The translations under genes were made by a program, and so were the position numbers. This document shows, one piece after another, positions 28,618 to 32,000 of a stretch of 32,000 nucleotides of DNA. The notes under the pieces are model-generated. The model was not told where the DNA came from and did not search any database. It saw nothing but the letters and a program-made list of their open reading frames with translations. The stretch comes from Sulfolobus acidocaldarius DSM 639 (GTDB lineage: Archaea > Thermoproteota > Thermoprotei_A > Sulfolobales > Sulfolobaceae), in assembly GCF_000012285.1 (NCBI RefSeq), contig NC_007181.1:2190001-2222000 (forward strand), read 5' to 3'. The stretch's first letter is position 1; each line of letters begins with the position of its first letter.

Positions 28618-29355
28618 TTAAATTGGCTTTGCGATTATTGCCATTTGTGGATCAGTAACTTCGAATCTCTTCCATGAATATCCACTTAAAACCTCCAGTA
28701 TTTCAAATCCAGACTTTGTTAATAATCTAACTATTTCATGTAAACTGTAAAGTCTCTGCGAAAATGTTATTCTCTCTATCTCTTTTCCATCCTTTAAATA
28801 AGACCTGGTGACTTTCAACCTTGAGGAGAAAGGATCAAAATCATTTTTATCAATAATCACATAGGGCGGAACGTAAGAGTGTACTACCTCTGGTTTGTTA
28901 TAAATAGCATAGTCCCTATTCTCCAAGTTAACAATAAGTAGACCACCCTGTTTTAAAACTGCTCTGAATTCATTCAATATCCTTAAATCGTCTTCCTCCT
29001 CATAATAACCCAGACTATTGAAAATATTTAGAATAATGTCGAATTTATCTCTTATTAAAGTTGAGAGATGTCTCATGTCCCCCTTGATAAAGTTACCTTT
29101 TTTAACTCTCTCCTTCGCCGTGTTAATCATCTTTTCTGATATATCAATTCCGCTTACGTTGTAGTTCAATTTAGTGAGATAGTAACTGACTCTACCAATT
29201 CCACAAGGTACATCAAGAATATTTCTCGCATCAATCTTATATTTCTTAACTACTTCGTCTATCCATTTAGCCCACTTTTCTCCTTCTTCCCATATCTTCA
29301 GCATCTCGTTAATGTAAAGATCAGACTCAAATATCTTAATCCAATAATCTTCCAT
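28618..29355 (-). CDS. Class I SAM-dependent methyltransferase
   Basis: 245-aa ORF with motif I ILDVPCGIGRVS, post-I DISEKM, and later motifs ending in LLIVNL. Confidence 0.8.
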   Translation of the reverse strand: MEDYWIKIFESDLYINEMLKIWEEGEKWAKWIDEVVKKYKIDARNILDVPCGIGRVSYYLTKLNYNVSGIDISEKMINTAKERVKKGNFIKGDMRHLSTLIRDKFDIILNIFNSLGYYEEEDDLRILNEFRAVLKQGGLLIVNLENRDYAIYNKPEVVHSYVPPYVIIDKNDFDPFSSRLKVTRSYLKDGKEIERITFSQRLYSLHEIVRLLTKSGFEILEVLSGYSWKRFEVTDPQMAIIAKPI

Positions 29356-29467
29356 TAGATATTCATATGGCTGAATGAAAAAATAAAACTACCTATCTTA
29401 CGCTAAACGATTTCCAATAAACTTGAGGTAATATTTAATATATTTGTAGAATAATCAAGTATCAACA

Positions 29468-30394
29468 ATGCTCGTACTGAATAAAACTCAGTTAGAGGAA
29501 ATTCTTGACGCCGAAACAGCAGTAAATGCAGTCAAAGAAGCTTTTTCACTATATTCATCAAGGAGAGTGGTCCAACCACAAAGACAAGTACTGAGCGTTA
29601 AGGGAAACTGGTGGGGAATCATGCCGTCTTACACTGATCTCTCTCTTGCAGTAAAGATAGTCAACGTAATACCATCAAATAAGGAAAGAAATATACCGAG
29701 TGTGCAAGGAGTAGTTATATTAATGTCCCCAGATACAGGCGAGACATTAGCCATACTAGATGGTTTAGTCCTTACAGCAATTAGGACTTCGTCCGCGAGT
29801 ATTTTATCAGCAGAGCTAGCCATGAACACAAGAACAATAGGAACTTTAGGTATAATAGGAGCCGGTACCGAAGCCCGTTACCACCTAAAATTAGGCTTAA
29901 GTTATTTCAAAGTTGGTAGGGTGTTGATTTCAGCAAGGAGAAATCATTATTTATTAGCTAAAGAATTCGGTGCTGAGGCTGTAGAGCTAGAAAAAGTGCT
30001 AAGGGAAGCCGATGTTATATTTTCCACAACTTCTTCATCCTCACCCGTGATTTTAGGTAAATACTTGAGAGACGATTTCCACATCTCCAGTATAGGTGCA
30101 CATACACCTGAGTCAAGGGAAATAGATGATGATACTATAAGAAAGATTGAGACATATATGGTGGATTCTGTTGAGGCTGTAGCGAATGAAACAGGAGATT
30201 ATATTCAGCCTGTAAATAGTGGCGTTCTCAGGAAGGAAAAGGTTATTGAAATTGGTGAGGTAATCAATAGAGGTTTAAATGTCAAAAGACCATCATTGTT
30301 CAAGACCGTAGGAATAGCCTCTGAAGACAATTTAACCGCATATATGGCATATAAGGTTGCCCTAAAAAAGGGAATAGGGATTAATGTCGAATAG
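29468..30394 (+). CDS. Ornithine cyclodeaminase / mu-crystallin family protein (possibly an archaeal-type alanine dehydrogenase)
   Basis: 308-aa ORF with [10 protein letters not shown] and the [13 protein letters not shown] Rossmann motif characteristic of the OCD/mu-crystallin family. Confidence 0.8.
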   Translation: MLVLNKTQLEEILDAETAVNAVKEAFSLYSSRRVVQPQRQVLSVKGNWWGIMPSYTDLSLAVKIVNVIPSNKERNIPSVQGVVILMSPDTGETLAILDGLVLTAIRTSSASILSAELAMNTRTIGTLGIIGAGTEARYHLKLGLSYFKVGRVLISARRNHYLLAKEFGAEAVELEKVLREADVIFSTTSSSSPVILGKYLRDDFHISSIGAHTPESREIDDDTIRKIETYMVDSVEAVANETGDYIQPVNSGVLRKEKVIEIGEVINRGLNVKRPSLFKTVGIASEDNLTAYMAYKVALKKGIGINVE

Positions 30395-30905
30395 ACTTTC
30401 TCCATAAAACGTTTGGATTATTGGTTTTCTTGTTGACATAAAGAGCTAATATAAACAGCAACGTCGAGAGTCTATTCAGGTATTTTTCATGAATCTGCTT
30501 GGCTCTGTTAGTCTTCAATAACCTTACTATACTTCGTTCTGCCCTCCTACAGATAGCCCTTGAGAGATGAAGAGATGATGAGGCAATATGACCACCAGGA
30601 AGAACAAAGTTCTTTATAGGCTCTAAGGTTTTGGAGTACTCTTCAATTAATTTTTCCACATGTTTCACTTTTTCCTCGTCAAAGTTCATCTCAAATCCAG
30701 CGATTTCAGATGAAAGCTCAAAGATATCAAACTGTACAGCCTCCAATACTTCTTTAATATCTGGATATAAACTTATAACAACTCCTAAAGAGGAGTTCAA
30801 TTCGTCTAAATCACCCAAAGCCACAACTAAGTCCTCGTCTTTCCATACTTCGCCCCCTGAAGGTAGTCTAGTTTTACCACTATCACCACTCCCAGTATAC
30901 CACAT
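30381..30905 (-). CDS. PduO-type ATP:cob(I)alamin adenosyltransferase
   Basis: [14 protein letters not shown] is the canonical N-terminus of PduO-type adenosyltransferases, followed by LPGG and RAICRRAER motifs. I therefore start at the ATG at 30905 (174 aa). The 28-codon upstream extension in the track is probably not translated. Confidence 0.8.
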   Translation of the reverse strand: MWYTGSGDSGKTRLPSGGEVWKDEDLVVALGDLDELNSSLGVVISLYPDIKEVLEAVQFDIFELSSEIAGFEMNFDEEKVKHVEKLIEEYSKTLEPIKNFVLPGGHIASSSLHLSRAICRRAERSIVRLLKTNRAKQIHEKYLNRLSTLLFILALYVNKKTNNPNVLWRKSIRH

Positions 30906-31038
30906 AATAATTAGATTTACTGTGATAGACTTTATATCATTTGCCTTCCAACCTAAAGCTAACCCTTCTGAGGCAATTTCATAAAACAAAGGAAAAAATT
31001 AAACTTAACTTTCCAGGACTTTTGATTTTCTTAGTGTA

Positions 31039-32000
31039 CTAAATCTTCTTATTTCTCTCGAGGACTAGTAGCACAATCAAAGGAATTAATGAAATAATTG
31101 ATGCTATCGCCTCAATGGTCAAAGCCGAAATACCGGTCTGCGAGCCATTATTCAATGGAGCAGAGGTAAAGGTCACTAAGTTCTGTCCCTGGTATGTGCT
31201 AACATTTGCATATGTAAACACTTTTGAATTTAGAAGAGAAAGGTTGTATACTTCAGTATTTATCAGAACTATAGATGAGTTTATAGCCGTGAGATTCTTC
31301 ACTACTGAATTCATAAGAACAACGTGCTCGTTCTTAAAGAATGCATTTTCTATGTATAGACCTACAGCGTTAGTACCATTAAAGAATTTCACATAAACGT
31401 AGGGCATCACCGTCAACTCCAGTCCACTGGAACTCGGAAAAGCCTCTAATGTGGAGTAGTCAACCGAAGTATTCACAGGGACTACACTCCCATCAGCAGA
31501 TATACCAACTATATATACATACCATAAACCTGATATCAAGTTATATGGAAGACCTGAACTCTGGGATGGAATTGTGAAATCACCTATCCAGTAGCTCCCG
31601 TTAAAATGAAGAGGTACAATGTAGTATATACCAGAAGAGGGGTTACCAATAGAGTATGATGGTGTAAGTATAGCAGAAAATGATCCTAGAGTTACCTTCG
31701 AATCGTTTATGCTATTCTGTATTAAAGCTCTTACTTGTATTGTCTCGTTTTCAAAAGCCACACTATTAACATAACTTAAGACGCTCAGTCCGTTATTGCT
31801 AACATATATTTGTGTATAACCAACTCCAAATGAGCTATAACTCCCGTTACTATACTTGGCTATAGCCTCTACAGTATAATATCCAGATGAGAGGTTTAGA
31901 GGAACTTGTATTTTACTGATATAGTAGGAAGAGGATGATATTGGAACTGCATTAACATTAGTGCTGTAATAGGTTAATCCGTTCTTAATGAAATTAACAG
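31039..32000 (-). CDS. C-terminal part of a larger extracellular, C-terminally TM-anchored, sequon-rich protein; continues beyond the window end
   Basis: The track start at 31761 is a GTG. I hand-checked that the frame stays open from 31762 to 32000 (...VNFIKNGLTYYSTNVNAVPISSSSYYISKIQVPLNLSSGYYTVEAIAKYSNGSYSSFGVGYTQIYVSNNGLSVLSYVNSVAFENETIQ...). It has many N-x-S/T sites and a terminal TM helix IISLIPLIVLLVL plus ERNKKI. Confidence 0.7.
   Translation of the reverse strand, partial: VNFIKNGLTYYSTNVNAVPISSSSYYISKIQVPLNLSSGYYTVEAIAKYSNGSYSSFGVGYTQIYVSNNGLSVLSYVNSVAFENETIQVRALIQNSINDSKVTLGSFSAILTPSYSIGNPSSGIYYIVPLHFNGSYWIGDFTIPSQSSGLPYNLISGLWYVYIVGISADGSVVPVNTSVDYSTLEAFPSSSGLELTVMPYVYVKFFNGTNAVGLYIENAFFKNEHVVLMNSVVKNLTAINSSIVLINTEVYNLSLLNSKVFTYANVSTYQGQNLVTFTSAPLNNGSQTGISALTIEAIASIISLIPLIVLLVLERNKKI

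Noticed and set aside
30906-30989. 28-codon N-terminal extension of the adenosyltransferase ORF
   Set aside because: PduO-type enzymes begin with the M-x-Y-T-x-x-G-D-x-G-x-T motif, which here starts at the ATG at 30905. The extension is most likely untranslated.

Overview
AT-rich, densely coding archaeal chromosome segment that reads as Sulfolobales core genome, most likely Sulfolobus acidocaldarius or a very close relative. This assignment rests on recall of the S-layer proteins and was not checked by any search. The centre of the window is the S-layer operon slaA-slaB on the minus strand. With the internal ATG starts the products are 1424 and 475 aa, the lengths I recall for S. acidocaldarius SlaA and SlaB. 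Left of it lie the 5' part of a complex-I-like nuo operon (nuoA-nuoC-nuoD-nuoH, with no nuoB), thyX, a small Zn-ribbon protein, a CxxC/alpha-helical protein, a DUF364-like protein, a PadR regulator and a ThiN-domain protein. Right of it lie a large secreted Ser/Thr-linker membrane-anchored glycoprotein that shares a beta-sandwich domain with SlaB, a PaREP1/HEPN-like protein, tRNA-Ala(CGC), an HTH regulator, tRNA-Pro(CGG), NAC, a beta-CASP RNase (aCPSF2 type) translationally coupled to the freestanding ThrRS editing protein, glmS, mevalonate kinase, a sugar-phosphate nucleotidyltransferase, two orphan genes, an Asd-family malonyl-CoA reductase (3HP/4HB cycle), a SAM methyltransferase, an ornithine cyclodeaminase-family protein, a PduO-type corrinoid adenosyltransferase and a second, truncated anchored surface protein. 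I saw no CRISPR array, IS element, integrase or other obvious mobile or defence content, so this is ordinary core genome. The most interesting unexplained signal is a G+C-enriched patch at 6891-7045 in the DUF364/padR intergenic region. It parses as three head-to-tail C/D-box sRNA units with a 48-49 nt period and shared D/C-box junctions. Second is the SlaB-domain paralog transcribed divergently from slaA.
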